From contig NC_042998.1 in NCBI RefSeq assembly GCF_006345805.1, forward strand, positions 27,342,001 to 27,406,000: DNA of 64,000 nt. The letters are read 5' to 3'. The notes under the pieces are model-generated. The model made no database searches. It saw only the letters and a program-made list of their open reading frames with translations, and was not told the origin of the DNA. The stretch comes from Octopus sinensis (taxonomy: Eukaryota). The stretch's first letter is position 1. Each line of letters starts with the position of its first letter. Both the position numbers and the translations under genes were made by a program. Below, piece after piece: positions 50,271 to 63,504 of this stretch.

Positions 50271-53200
50271 TAGATATCATACCCCCATACCCACAGGTAG
50301 AGTGGAATAGTTAGTGGGTGGTTATGTATATAGATGCATGTGTGTATGTGTGTGTATGTATATGCACATGTATGTAGGCTTATGGATATGAATGTAAAGA
50401 GATAGACATACAGATGGATAGGTACAGACAAGTATACATACACACACATACACAAATGAAGACTGAAACACATGACCATATATACACACACACACTTCAC
50501 TTCACACATGGACTCATATGGAGACACACGTCCACACATATGGAGATATATATCCATACATACCGACACAGTACATAGTTGCAAAAAAATCATACACACA
50601 CACGCATGCAAATACACACATACATACATACACACACACAAAAACACATAAACATGAACACACAAATACATGAATATACAGGCAGAATACATATGTACAT
50701 ACAAATGTACACACATACATACATATATACATATGCACGCACACACATACATACATGCATACATGCACATGCATACATACACACACATGCCTAATAGTAT
50801 GCCTCTTTGATGCATTGAATAGTACAGATTATAAAACACATGGTGTTAGAATCCATTTACCATTCCCTCTTAGATCTTCTAAGATCGTTTTGATAAGAAA
50901 CCTAAAAAATTTTTCAAACCATATTATCGTATAGTTAGGAATTATAAAAGGTGAAATGGCTATGTGGATATCTACATTCCTCTCTTTGCATTTATGTTAT
51001 TATATCATTATAATTTAATAGAATTTTTCCCTTAGAATTGTAACCTACGCAACTATTTGTACATTGTTAGTTTGACATTCTACCACGAAGTACACAATTC
51101 ACAGCTTGGTAATTAAAACAAGTGGAGACATGCGAGTGGAGATCTTGCTCAAGGGTGCACAACAATGCTTCTGATAAAACACAAGCTTTTGATCCATAAG
51201 TCAAAGTGCAAGTACTTTTTGTGTTGCACAATTAGAAAATGTATTCTCCTAATTGATATTAATAATGATGAAATGATTGCATAAAATATTTACAACTTCA
51301 AAATGTTCCGGTCTTTCATCTGGGAACAACAAATGAATAAAAATACATTTATCACTTCCATCCTACTAATTAATTACTAATCCTTATTAAACCAACAGAT
51401 TAAAAACTCACTTTGATATCAATACACTGCAGTTGTAGAAATGCTCGTTAAATTTTTTTTTTCCTTTTAGAATTTAAAAAAAAAGCTTCAATAAATGAAA
51501 TTAATTCTGACATTTTAATCTGTGCCATGACACGACTATATATTTTAATGTATGAAATATTTCAAGTTATTATGAAATAGTTAAATAATTAATTGCATTG
51601 CAAATTTACATTTCCTATATATCACTTAATAATATTTTTTTATTTGAAATTGTAATTATAGTGAAAATATGTAATCCTATTTTTACAGAAACACAGTCAC
51701 AGACACATAGAGACAAGCGCATACACACTCTATCTCGACATAGCAAACTCAACATTTAAACAGATTATCATCCATAGTATTTTGTCCTGGAAAATAATTA
51801 TTTTGTTCGGTTCAGAATACATCAATTTATGAGGGAGAATGAGAAACTTGTTCATCATCACCACTGCCACCACCACCAACACCAACACCAGCCACTCAAG
51901 AATTTGGGCCTGGAGATCTCCATTTCCAGCGACTTCAAGGGCCACCTCCCAGTGGTGTTGGATGTCAACGAAGAGCCCTCGACTACAACAAGACAACCAA
52001 AGTTGTTTTTTTTTCCAAGGTCTGGGTTCTCCTGCCCCTAAGCCCTAGACCATCGCCTAATCACCCTTTCCCATCTTGTTGCTTAACAACAACAACAACA
52101 ACCACCAACACCACCACCACCACCACCACCATCATCATCATCGTTGTCAACAACATCATCATCTAACGTCCATTTTCCATGCTGGCATGGGTTGGACTGT
52201 TTGATAGGAGCTGGCCAGCTGGGGAACTGCACCAGGCTCCACTTGTCAGCTTTGGCACAATTTCTACAGCTGAATGCCCACCCTAATGCCAACCACTTTA
52301 TTGAGCGTACAGGGGGCTTTTACGTAGCACCAGCATGAGTGCTTTCATGGGACACCCGCACCCACAAGCCCACAAGACAAAGACCTTTTGACTGAATGAG
52401 AAGGAGCGAGGGGCAGGGCTGTCGAATAACTGGTTCAAACATGGCATTATGCATGTAAGCTAGGCGGAATAATTGTCTGTTCTAAACAGTAGCAGTATGG
52501 AATTGGTGAGTATTTCATTGACTGAGAGCACCAAGTTCAATTTTTAGTGGGGAAAGGATTGGGGTTATCTACAATAAGCTGGCACTAATCAAAGGTGTGA
52601 TCTAACTCTTATCTACTAAATGTTACAAGACACATATATGAATTCTTGATGCATAGTCTCATTAATCAATAGCTCATTAGGTAGATATTACTCAAAACAC
52701 AGCGAATAAACTGGAAGATAATGTAAATACATATTCTTAATGTATGATGATGATTTAAAAGAAAATTCATTTGAACTAAAAAAAAACATGAATATGATGA
52801 CAAAAAAAAAAAGGTTTCTGTGGCTGAATGCCCTTCCTAATGCCAACCACTCTACAGAGTGTAGTGGATGCTTTTCATGTGGCATCAGTGCAGAAGCTTT
52901 TGCATGGCACCAGCATGGATAATTTTCATGTGACACAGCACAATTTCATGGAAATTTAGTTGTTATTTCTAGCAAGTTGATCAACCACATAGAAATTACA
53001 TCATTTAAGGCGGCGAACTGACAGAAACATTAGCACGCTGGGTGAAATGCTTAGCAGTATTTCCTCTGCTGCTACGTTCTGAGTTCAAATTCCGCCAAGG
53101 TCGACTTTGCCTTTCATCCTTTTGGGGGTCGATAAATTAAGTACCAGTTAAGCACTGGGGTCGATGTAATTGACTTAATCCATTTGCTTGTCCTTGTTTG

Positions 53201-55262
53201 TCCCCTTTGTGTTTAGCCCCTTGTAGGTAGTAAAGAAATAGATATTTCGTCTGCTGCTACGTTCTGAGTTCAAGTTCCGCAGAGGTCGACTTTGCCTTTC
53301 ATCCTTTCGGGGTCGATTAAATAAGTACCAGTTAATCACTGGGGTCGATATAATCGACTTAATTCGTTTGTCTGTCCTTGTTTGTCCCCTCTGTGTGTAG
53401 CCCTTTGTGAGCAATAAAGAAATAAGAAATTACATCATTGACCCATGGGATGTTATATAACTGATGAATGCTTATTTTAGCCTATACTGCTTAAGCTAAA
53501 TCCGAATCATTGATAAAATCCTGTAGAATGTAGCTAAACTGCTTTGAGCCAATGACAAACCTCGACACTCAGCCGCTTTATTTAATAACAGCAGGAAATA
53601 ACAGGAAACCAGGAAAATAACCAAAAACCTTAGACAGGAAATAGTTGATTTCCTGGCATGACATCAGCTGGAATTTTGTTGGAACTGAAAAGATGCCAGG
53701 AGTAACAAAACATTAAAAAATGATAAATAAATAAGAATAAGTATAAATTATGCCTGCAGACTGGATATTATTCAAGTAGATCAGAAATGGAGGTGAATAT
53801 CAAAACATTTATTAGTTTCTGTTGGTGGGCTGTGTCCATGCTGTTAACAGCATTTGTAAATCAGTTACAAATCTCATTTACAAACAGATTTGTTTACAAA
53901 ACTTATAACTTTTGCTAACAACAAATTCTGCAACTTTGCTTCTTTCTTTTATTTTTTTTTCCAAGATTGTAATGCTAAAACTTCAAACATAATTAAAAAG
54001 GAAAAAAAAAAACAGCAACTATTTTGAGAGATGCAAATAATTCCGTGCGTACTAAAGGTGTAACTGTGTGGTAAGAAGCTTGCTTCTCACCACGCAGAAG
54101 GTAGGCTAGCAGAAACGTTAGCACACTGGGCGAAATGCGCAGCCGTATTACGTCTGCCGTTATGTTCTGAGTTCAAATTCTGCCAAGGTCGACTTTGCCT
54201 TTCATCTTGTCGGGGTCGATAAACGAAATAAATACCAGTTACGCACTGGGGTCGATGTAATCGACTTAATTCCATTGTCTGTCCTTGTTTGTCCCCTCTA
54301 CATTAAGCCCCTTGTAGGCAATAAAGAAATATGAAATAAGAAGCTTGCTTCCCAACCACATGGCTCCAGGTTCAGTTCCATTGTGTGGCACCGTGGGCAA
54401 GTCGTCTGCTATAGCCTTGAGCCGACCAAAGCCTTGTGTGTGGATTTAGTAGACAGAAACTGAAAGAAGCCTGTTGTGTATATATATATATATATATATG
54501 CCATAGCTCAGTGGTTAGAGCATTGAGCTTACGATTGTGAGGTTATGAGTTTGATTCCTGGACTGGGGTGCATGCTGTGTTCTTGAGCAAGACACTTCAT
54601 TTCACGTTGCTCCAGTTCACTTATCTGTAGAAATGAATTGTAACATCACTGGTGCCAAGCTGTATTGGCCGTTACCTTTCCCTTGGATAACATTGGTGGC
54701 ATGGAGAGGGGAGGCAGGTATGCATGGGTGACTCCTGGTCTTCCATAAACAACCTTGCCCGGACTTGTACTTCGGAGGGTAACTTTCTAGGTACAATCCC
54801 ATGGTCATTCATGACCAAAGAGTGTCACCCTTTATATATCTATATATGTTTATGTGTTTGTGTATGTCCCCCTCACCATCACTTGACAACTGATGTTGGT
54901 GTGTTTATGTCCCCATAACTTAGCAGTTTGGCAAAAGAGACCAACAGAATAAGTACTAGGCTTACAAAGAATAACTCTTGAGGTCGATTTGTTCGACTAA
55001 ATCCCTTAAGGCGTTGCTCCAGCATGGCCACTGTCAAATGACTGAAACAAATAAGAGAACAAAAGAAGCATGACTGACATGAAACTGATTCTTTCTAAAG
55101 CTTACTCTGGGACACAACATTCAAGGATTTAGTTGATCGATCAGACACTAGTATTCATCATTAATTCTGGTACCTATTTTATTGATCTATATTTTAATTG
55201 TTGGTAGGGAACACAGTATTTTGTTATGCAACCATAATATAATATAAAATACATGCGCCCTT

Positions 55263-55503
55263 TTTAAAGCCTAGGCAGGCTCATGGGCCCGGTTTCCCGG
55301 TTTCAATGGCGTATGTGTTCCCCAGCTGGACGGGATGCCAGTCCATCGCAGCGTTACTCATTTTTGCCAGCTGGGTGGACTGGATCAACGTTAAATGAAG
55401 TGTTTTGCTCAAGAACACAATGCATCACCCGGTCCAGGAATCGAAACCACAATCTTACGATCATGATGCTGACACCCTAACCACTAAGCCACGTGCCTCC
55501 ACA
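55263..55503 (-). mobile_element. Chimeric SINE: tRNA head + CORE-like block + Meta-like 3' block
   Basis: Shares the gtggaggcac head and ggactggc.tcccgtcc...gaaaccgggaaacc tail with 2199-2503, but its middle matches the ttgagcaa.acact...ccagtccac.cagctg block of the 44175 SINE. Confidence 0.7.
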
Positions 55504-58500
55504 CAACCATAATATACCACTAGATATATCAAAGATTTATAAGCCAATATTGTGTCCATCTAATCTTCATGCTATAAGGTCCGACAAGTAGAGCATCAAC
55601 TGGTTGAGTCAATCAACATTAGCTTTTCAGACCAGCATGTTATCTCAGTCTTTGATGCTTTCTTTAAAACTATTTATTCTTTTCTACTCTAGGCATAAGA
55701 CCTGACATTTTTGGGGAGGGGGCTAGTCAATTAGATTGACCCCAGTACACAACAGGTACTTAATTTATCATCCCTGAAAGGATGAAAGGCAAAGTCAACC
55801 TTGACAGAATTTGAACTCAGAGCATAAAGACCGACGAAATACCTATTTCTTTATTACCCACAAGTGGTTAAACATAGAGAGGACAAACAAAGACAGACAT
55901 AGGTATTAAGTCGATTACATAGACCCCAGTGCATAACTGGTACTTAATTTATCGACCCCGAAAGGATGAAAGGCAAAGTCGACCTCAGCGGAATTTGAAC
56001 TCACAACGTAACGGCAGCCGAAATACCACTAGGCATTCCGCCTGGCGTGCTAACGTTTCTGCCAGCTCGCCGCCTCCTTATGCCTTTTTGTTATTGAACG
56101 TTGATATGTTTAAAAGCATTTATTGTGCAAAAGAAGAGTAATGTCTATAGTTCCTTATTTTTTCTTAGTCTGTATGACAAGTGAGAAGAAGAGAGGCAGC
56201 TATCTTCAAGCTGGAGGCCAGGCTCAAATGATCACAACTGACCGGTCTCTCTTAAAGGCATCCAAGTGTCAGATGATACAATTAAACTGGGCAATGGATT
56301 AACCCTTTGGTTACCATATTTCTGTTGAAATTGTTTTGCATTTGTTTTAAATTAATTTTGAAAGTAACGAAGAAGTTAATGAAATAATTGCCATTCCTAA
56401 GCTGGTGTAGGGTGACGAGCTGGTGGAATCATTACTGTGCTGTTTAAAAACACTTAGTGCCATTTCGTATGTTTTTATGTTCTGAGTTCAAATTCCACTG
56501 AGGTCAGCTTTGACTATCATCCTTTCAGGGCTGATGAAATAAGTACCAGTTATGTACTGGGGGTCAATGTAATCGACTTACCCCCTCCCCTGAACTTGCT
56601 AGTCTTGTATCAAAATTTGAAACCGTTATTAACCCTTTAGCATTTAAACTGGCCTCATTCAGCCCAAATATTCTGCTTGTCCTCTGTTCAAACTGATTAG
56701 ATCAGTCACGTACTGTTAGTAATTACTCAGGGTAGGCAGTTGGTGACCTTTATGTAGTAAAATACGCAAAAAATAAGTGAAACAGCTAAGTTGGTGGCAG
56801 TTTTACGTCTGCCTTTATAGTGCGTAAAGAAAATGTTGTTGTAGGAATGTACACAGCATGTATACTACAGCAATACTATGTGTAGCCTTAATATGGAGAT
56901 TGAAAAGCAGGGGCGAATTATGCCTACATAATCTACAATAATATAAAATATTTTGCATTTTATGCATAGTAATCAGAGTAACCTTCATATTTTTATTGAA
57001 TTAGGGGCATATTTTGCCATAAATGGTAAATGTTGCTGTCGATCTACTTTATTCAAGGTAGGCACTGCCTACCTTGTCTACCTACATGGCATGTCTCTTG
57101 ATTGGATCTAGCCTCTCACACCTACCCTACAATGTCATTCTAAAAATAAACAATCACATCAATGAAATCTCAAAGCTATGAGATAATGCATGATTAATTC
57201 AAAACAATGTGAATAAACAAGCTTTTCATTTGACAGAGTAGTTCTGAGTGCTAAAGGGTTAAGCTGGTGTTTGGAACATTAATTAACATGAAATTTTGAT
57301 GTAAGCTCTTAATTTTGATTCCTTTATAGCTGGAAAGTCATATAGAACCAGGGCTAGTCTCAGCGGTGTTGATATCAAAAGAGTTGGATCTACCATGCAC
57401 TACCATTTTATCAATGATGCAACAGTAAGTCACTCTCAGAATCATTGATCTATCAATGGCATTGTCCAAGTAATTAAAAGTAGACACAATAAAGGAATGC
57501 AGGTTACTGCTGTAGAATGTGGGCAGATTACATTATTGATTTCTCATACAGGCACAAGGCCCCGAAATTTGGGACAAGTCTGTAACGATAAAGTTTTTAG
57601 TTGAAGTCGAGGGTCACCAATTGTAGTGGGAGAAATTGATTAGTAAACAATAATGTGAAATGTCGAAGTCAGCTGTTGTAACGATAAAAATTTGTTGCTA
57701 TAATTGCATACTGTAGGATGTGAAAGATGAACAATGCATGAAGTTTTAAGAAAGTATGTATTTACCGTTATGTTGAAATACTTTGCCTCAACGGGCAGGT
57801 TATGGTAAATCCAAAAGCATGTGAAGTAAAGTTTGTGTTTGGGTTCTCTTCATTGTTTAGTAGTAATTGCGGAGACAGATAGGATGATGTTGTAACTCTA
57901 GTGAGAGTTGTAGGGTGTTACTGACAGTAAATTTAATTTCTCATTATCTTTAGTAGAGGCATTCCTTGTGATCATGATTCTAGCAGTCCGTTCCCTAACT
58001 AATTGAATCGTTACGAGCTGCCTCACTCAGTTGTCACCAAGTGACTACTTGGTTTTTGCTTGGGGGTTCTTGCTTTTATAGGTATCCAGAAGGATAGACA
58101 TATCATTGAGAACAATAGATTTAGTTGGTGGTCTTGTTTTCTCTATTCTAGCTTTTGGTGAAGTAGAAGAGGATAGAAAGGGTCAAGTGGTGAAGGCATT
58201 ATTTCGGCTTAGCCAAAGTCATCTGGAAAATGTAAAACTGCTGTCAGAGAAAAACCATTGTTCCACCGTGGGAACAATGTTGCAGTGTTAATTTAAATTT
58301 GGCTGTGGTGGATCGAATCCACTTCATGCTTGCAAGATCCACTACAAGTCTATAGTCGATTAAATCAATTAGATACTCAAATTGAATTGGCACTCCATCG
58401 TTTACGATGGTGAGGGTTTCAGTTGACCCAATCAATGGAACAGCCTGGTTGGGAAATTGAAATGTAAGTGGCTGAGCACTCCATAGACACGTGTACCCTT

Positions 58501-59368
58501 AACATAGTTCTCAGGGAGATTCATCAAGACAGATTGTAACAAGGCTGGCTTTTTAAATAACAAGTACATCACTTTTTGCCAGCTGAGTGGACTGGTGCAA
58601 TGTAAAATAAAGTGTCTTACTCAAGGACACAACGAACCACCAGGAACAGAACTCATGACTTTACAACCACGAGCAGTATACACTAACCACTGAGCCATGA
58701 ACTTTCACAATTGGTGCATATTTTATCAACCAAGAAGGATAAAAAGCCATGTTGATCCCATTGAAATTTGAACTTAGAATGAAGTGGTTGGCAACTAAAG
58801 ACCACAAAGCATTTAATTCGACGCTCTACCAATTTCACCAGTCATATAATTGACAGTTAATTTCAAATTCTGGCACAGGTCTCATGAAAGCAATAGAAAC
58901 CCTCTATAATGTAGACATCATTGGAAGACTACATAAAGTCTTATGTAATTACCCAGAAGCTTTGCCTATTTTAATTATCAGAGGAGGTATATTACATTAG
59001 TTAATTAAGGCTTAGCTTTCTTTAGAACACATATCCATACACACAAAAACAAAAGAGTAAGTGTGAAAAATTATTTTTTCGGCTAGACAGATTATCAACT
59101 TTAATGAGAGTCAATCATAGTACTTAATGACCGAACTCTGACATATTACTGGTAGCACCAGAAAATAACTACTGACTGTAAGCAGCGTAAGAACATAGAT
59201 TGAAAATACACTGGGAAAATTAAGGGACGAAATAAGCACAAATGATCATTTTCTGACATTCTGAGTGAGTGTTTGTATGTAATTGTGTGCATATGTGCAT
59301 ATATATGTATGCAAATGTACATGTATGTATAAAAAATTAAAAAATTAAAAATAATGAAATTATTGTGT

Positions 59369-59674
59369 TGTTTCCTTCTCCTTCTCGAGCCATCCCTGGC
59401 TTATAAGGGCCGGTTTCCTGGTTTCCTTGGTGTATAGGTTCCTCACCTGGACGGGAAGCCAGTCCGTCGCAGGTGAGCTGCAAGATGCAGGAGGAAAGAG
59501 TGAGAGAAAGTTGTGGCGAAAGAGTCAGCAGAAGTTCGCCATTACCTTCTGCCGGAGCCACGTGGAACTTAGGTGTTTCACTCATAAACACACACATCAC
59601 CCGGTCTGAGATTTGAACCCGTGATCCCTTGACTGCGAGTTCACTGCTCTAACCACCAGGTAATGTGCCTCCAC
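59369..59674 (-). mobile_element. tRNA-derived SINE, same family as 2199-2503, with 11-bp TSD
   Basis: AATTATTGTGT at 59358-59368 and 59675-59685. Confidence 0.85.
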
Positions 59675-59689
59675 AATTATTGTGTATAG

Positions 59690-60400
59690 TGCTGAGGGTG
59701 CACTACGACTAATCAAAAGTGCATGTATGGTACATAGAATTATGTACAAATGTGAGGAAAGTGAACAGTGTATGAGTCATGATATACATGTGTGCATGCG
59801 TAGGGAGGTGGGTGGATATCAGGTGTAGTGTTGGTGAATTTCAGGAAGCATGGAAGTTTTAAAGGATGCAATGTCTCGGTAGCTAACAACTGATGCATGT
59901 AGTTTGTTTCATGCGTCAGCAACTCTGAGTGTGAAAAATGTTTTTGAAAATCATGGGAGCTGTGCTGTTTTCTGACTTTGTAAGGCATTCCCACATGTGT
60001 TAGACACATGGAGCTCAAAAAGATGCTCAAGGTGGTTGTTGACATGATGGTTAATAATTGTCAAGAAGGCCAAGAGATTTCCTTTGTCCAGCACAAATGC
60101 CCAGATCATATTCACAAGAAAACTTCTTGTTGTAGAGGGAGTATGTGGATGCCGGGTTTTTCCTCCCAAAATGCATGATGGTACACTTGTCCACAGTCAG
60201 CTTGGGTTGTCAGTCCATGACCCATTGCTGCATTGTGTCCAGGTCCAATTGCAGAAAAGCTCTATAGTGTTCAGGATCTGGATATATGTATGTACTGGAA
60301 ATCAGAGTCTGCCTTAAGACAGAATAAAGACAGATCTTGAAGAGAGTAGGTATGTCATTGATAAGGTTTGTGAGTTTGAAGAGGCACAACATCAGTGCAT
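59690..60400 (-). mobile_element. CR1-clade LINE, RT C-terminus and 3' end, degenerate
   Basis: LQLDLDTMQQW...DKCTIMHFGRKNP (CR1 post-RT motif) plus a 3' end homologous to 41985-42430. Confidence 0.8.
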
Positions 60401-60486
60401 CAAATAAAATTACCTCGCAGTATTTGCTGCCATTTAAGTTATGTCCCTTTACCTGACGGTTGATTTGCCCATTCCCGCCCCCCCCC

Positions 60487-60740
60487 CAGTGTTTCTCAAC
60501 CATTTTTATCTGTGGACCCCTCTAATTCCTATTTTGCTCGGATGGACCCTCGTAACCATCCAATGATTAAAAAAATCCTACTATATTTTTTAAATTAGAT
60601 ATTATAAAGAATTGTATAAAAAATAATTATTAAAATATTTTGTGCATTGTAAAAGTATAACCATATTATTTCAGACAAATTTTAACGACAAAATCTTATA
60701 CAGGCCCCTACGGGTCATGTGAACACCAGTTGAGAAACAT
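60487..60740. mobile_element. hAT-like MITE
   Basis: Left TIR CAGTGTTTCTCAAC and right TIR GTTGAGAAACATTG; related ends at ~1390 and ~17652. Confidence 0.7.
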
Positions 60741-61427
60741 TGGCTTATCCTCACAACCATATTATTTCAGACAAATTTTAACGACAAAATCTTATACAGG
60801 CCCCTACGGGTCATGTGAACGCCAGTTGAGAAACATTGGCTTATCCTCACAACCATATTATTTCAGACAAATTTTGACGACAAAATCTTATACAGGCCCC
60901 TACGGGTCATGTGAACGCCAGTTGAGAACCATTGGCTTATCCTCACAACCATATTATTTCAGACAAATTTTAACAACAAAATCTTATACAGGCCCCTACC
61001 GGTCATGTGAACGCCAGTTGAGAACCATTGGCTTATCCTCACAACCATATTATTTCAGACAAATTTTAACAACAAAATCTTATACAGGCCCCTACGGGTC
61101 ATGTGACCAGCTGTTGAGAACCATTGGCTTATCCTCACAACCATATTATTTCAGACAAATTTTAACGACAAAATCTTATACAGGCCCCTACGGGTCATGT
61201 GAACGCCTGTTGAGAACCATTGGCTTATCCTCACAACCATATTATTTCAGACAAATTTTAACAACAAAATCTTATACAGGCCCCTATGGGTCATGTGAAC
61301 GTCTGTTGAGAACCATTGGCTTATCCTCACAACCATATTATTTCAGACAAATTTTAATGACAAAATCTTATACAGGCCCCTACGGGTCATGTGAACACCA
61401 GTTGAGAACCATTGGCTTATCCTCACA
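60659..61427. repeat. 96-bp tandem repeat x8 built from the MITE right end plus flank
   Basis: Period 96 (ccatattatt at 60661, 60757 ... 61141 ... 61333); source of the 238-aa 32-residue-repeat ORF. Confidence 0.95.
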
Positions 61428-61585
61428 TATGAGATCAATACAATAAATATCTGTGAAAATACTAGGTTTTATATAATTGGCTAAAAGACTATCTTTGAAA
61501 GCAATGCCCCAGCATGGCATATCCCAATGATGAAAACGGTAAAAGAATAAAAGAATGAAAGAAAAGAAAGAAATTGCTGTCTTAC

Positions 61586-61654
61586 CAAAAGCTGTTTTGA
61601 TGGCAATCTATCCACTATTCTGTTAACGAGACCATGAGTATTGAAAGCCTCCAT
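61586..61654 (-). CDS. PEBP-family / O-crystallin-like protein, exon 1 (MEAFNTHGLVNRIVDRLPSKQLL)
   Basis: ATG at 61654 with in-frame upstream TAA 12 nt before; GTAAGA donor; 69 nt, phase 0; matches the PEBP N-terminal pattern. Confidence 0.88.
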
Positions 61655-62599
61655 TGGTAATTTTTATATTATTTTAGTAATGTATAAATCAGTTTTGATG
61701 GGGTTTTCTTTTTGTATTATCCTTGGAATAAACGTTATTAGTCTTATATTATCCTTGAGATAAACATTAAATTTGCTTGAAACTTCTGCTTTCCTTGTGC
61801 TGTTGTTTCTGCTTTTATAACCTTTATTCTCAAAATAACAACAACAGTCTTGGGCATTGGTTCATTAGATTTTAAGCATGGATAATGAGTTCTTTATGTA
61901 TTAATTTCTTTATTTTTACTGTTCAAGACAGACATTGTGAAAGATCTCTTAACAGTGGCACAGTTAATCAAGCAATTAATGTGAATAATAAGATCTTATA
62001 CAAGAGACTTTACAAATGTAGAGAGCTGGGTAATTACTTGTACAGTGAGACAGAAACTTAGCTAATGCGTAGTGTGTTTAAATATGAGTAATAAAGTCAT
62101 TCTAAAGTCTTACAGATAGAGTGAGAAATAAGTGTTAGCACAATGGGACGATCATGATAGCTTTAATTAATCAGGCTTTGTCATTGCCACCAGTGAAAAG
62201 AATGATTTGTAATTTAGTAAAACAAGTTTAATTATACAGAAATAAAGTATAGTATATATAGTTGCTTATTTGCTTTTTAAGAACTTCTTTTAATGCATTC
62301 AGAAAAAAAATTTTTTAAATAGACGCAAATATTTTAAAAATAGATGCAAAAAAATGTTGAACTAAATTTATACACCAGATAACGAACTTTTTATGAGGAT
62401 TAACTATTCTTAAAATATTTGCATAAGCTGGAAATGAAATGAAATTTAAATTGCAAATTTAGAGGAAAAGTTTATCCAAAGGGCCCCTGGAGTGATGTGA
62501 CTCAAGAGTGTGTGTAACTTGAAGATCAGGGAGTCTCTCCAGGTTGAACCCTAACTTCCTTACACTGAGGAGTCATAACTCTAATATTATTTAGAATTT

Positions 62600-62800
62600 T
62601 GCAAGAAAGAATTGCAAGACAGATTCTTCAAGCTGAGCCAAGTGGCAGGAAACCTAAGGGAAAACCACAAATGAGATTGGTTGAATAACATTCATAGTCT
62701 CAATTGGTCATGTTTTGAAATCCAACTGGAGACTCTAATGATGGTTGCTTCTCTTAGGACCCAATGGAAGAGGTGCCTAAGGACCCTACCTACACTACAT
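62600..62800 (+). mobile_element. RTE-clade LINE 3' remnant
   Basis: ILQAEPSGRKPKGKPQMRL resembles the RTE C-terminal GxRxxGRPxxRW motif; degenerate. Confidence 0.55.
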
Positions 62801-62912
62801 GCATCTTATAAGAATAGTGAGCAGAGATGATAGACTGATGCATGAGACATGGGCTAGCTAGCTGGATTGATGGATGGGGAGTGGATGAAAGTTTGTCAAA
62901 ATTTTTGATTAA

Positions 62913-63276
62913 TCTATATATATAAAACTGAGGTTGTCTGTGTATGGCAGGTTTGGTAGCCTTCAACTAACACTATCTCCTCCGAAATTGAAAGTATGAT
63001 AGAAGAAGGCTTGCTCTTCATTCCGTAGAAGATAAAATTCGAATCAGACCATGTTAACACCAAAAATTATTTATATCAAAAAGGTGCTTTTTTTCTATGA
63101 AAATCCCCTTTTTACGATTTTTTGACTGCTGTATCGCCATTTTTCGGTGTATTTCAACCAGAAAAATGTTCACTTAAAGAGAATAACAAGCTACATAATG
63201 CAAACTTTTTACTTTTCAAAAATTCCAATTCTGAAGGGTCAAAACAAACCCGAGCAACGCCAGGCGATACTGCTAG
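62913..63276 (+). mobile_element. Non-autonomous Helitron
   Basis: A|TC start, 3' hairpin cccgagcaacgccagg, CTAG|T end (insertion in an AT dinucleotide). Confidence 0.75.
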
Positions 63277-63504
63277 TTTTAACTTATTTTAAAGACAATG
63301 CTGCTTTAGCAGGTAAAGACAAAAAGAAAGACATGAGGCAAGTTGATAACAGTCTCATTGAAATATAGGAATATATATTCACTCTCAATCTAAAATGTGG
63401 CTAAATGCTCCACACTTATATTAGTATCTTATAACTCATTGCGATTTTATATACATGCACACATATACATACACACTCATATTTACATATACTTGCACTA
63501 ATCA

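Noticed and set aside
57581-58440. Unique-looking segment with a stop-poor - strand frame, possible LTR/env remnant
   Set aside because: Six stops remain in ~206 codons, no recognisable motif, no second LTR; only a BLASTX could classify it.
60730-61446. 238-aa ORF with 32-aa repeats
   Set aside because: Consequence of a 96-bp satellite containing a transposon TIR; starts at TTG, no splice context, antisense within an intron.
62498-62504. AP-1 site (TGACTCA) ~850 bp upstream of the PEBP ATG, as in cephalopod S-crystallin promoters
   Set aside because: A single 7-mer is expected by chance, there is no ARE GC extension, the TSS is unknown, and it lies next to an RTE remnant.
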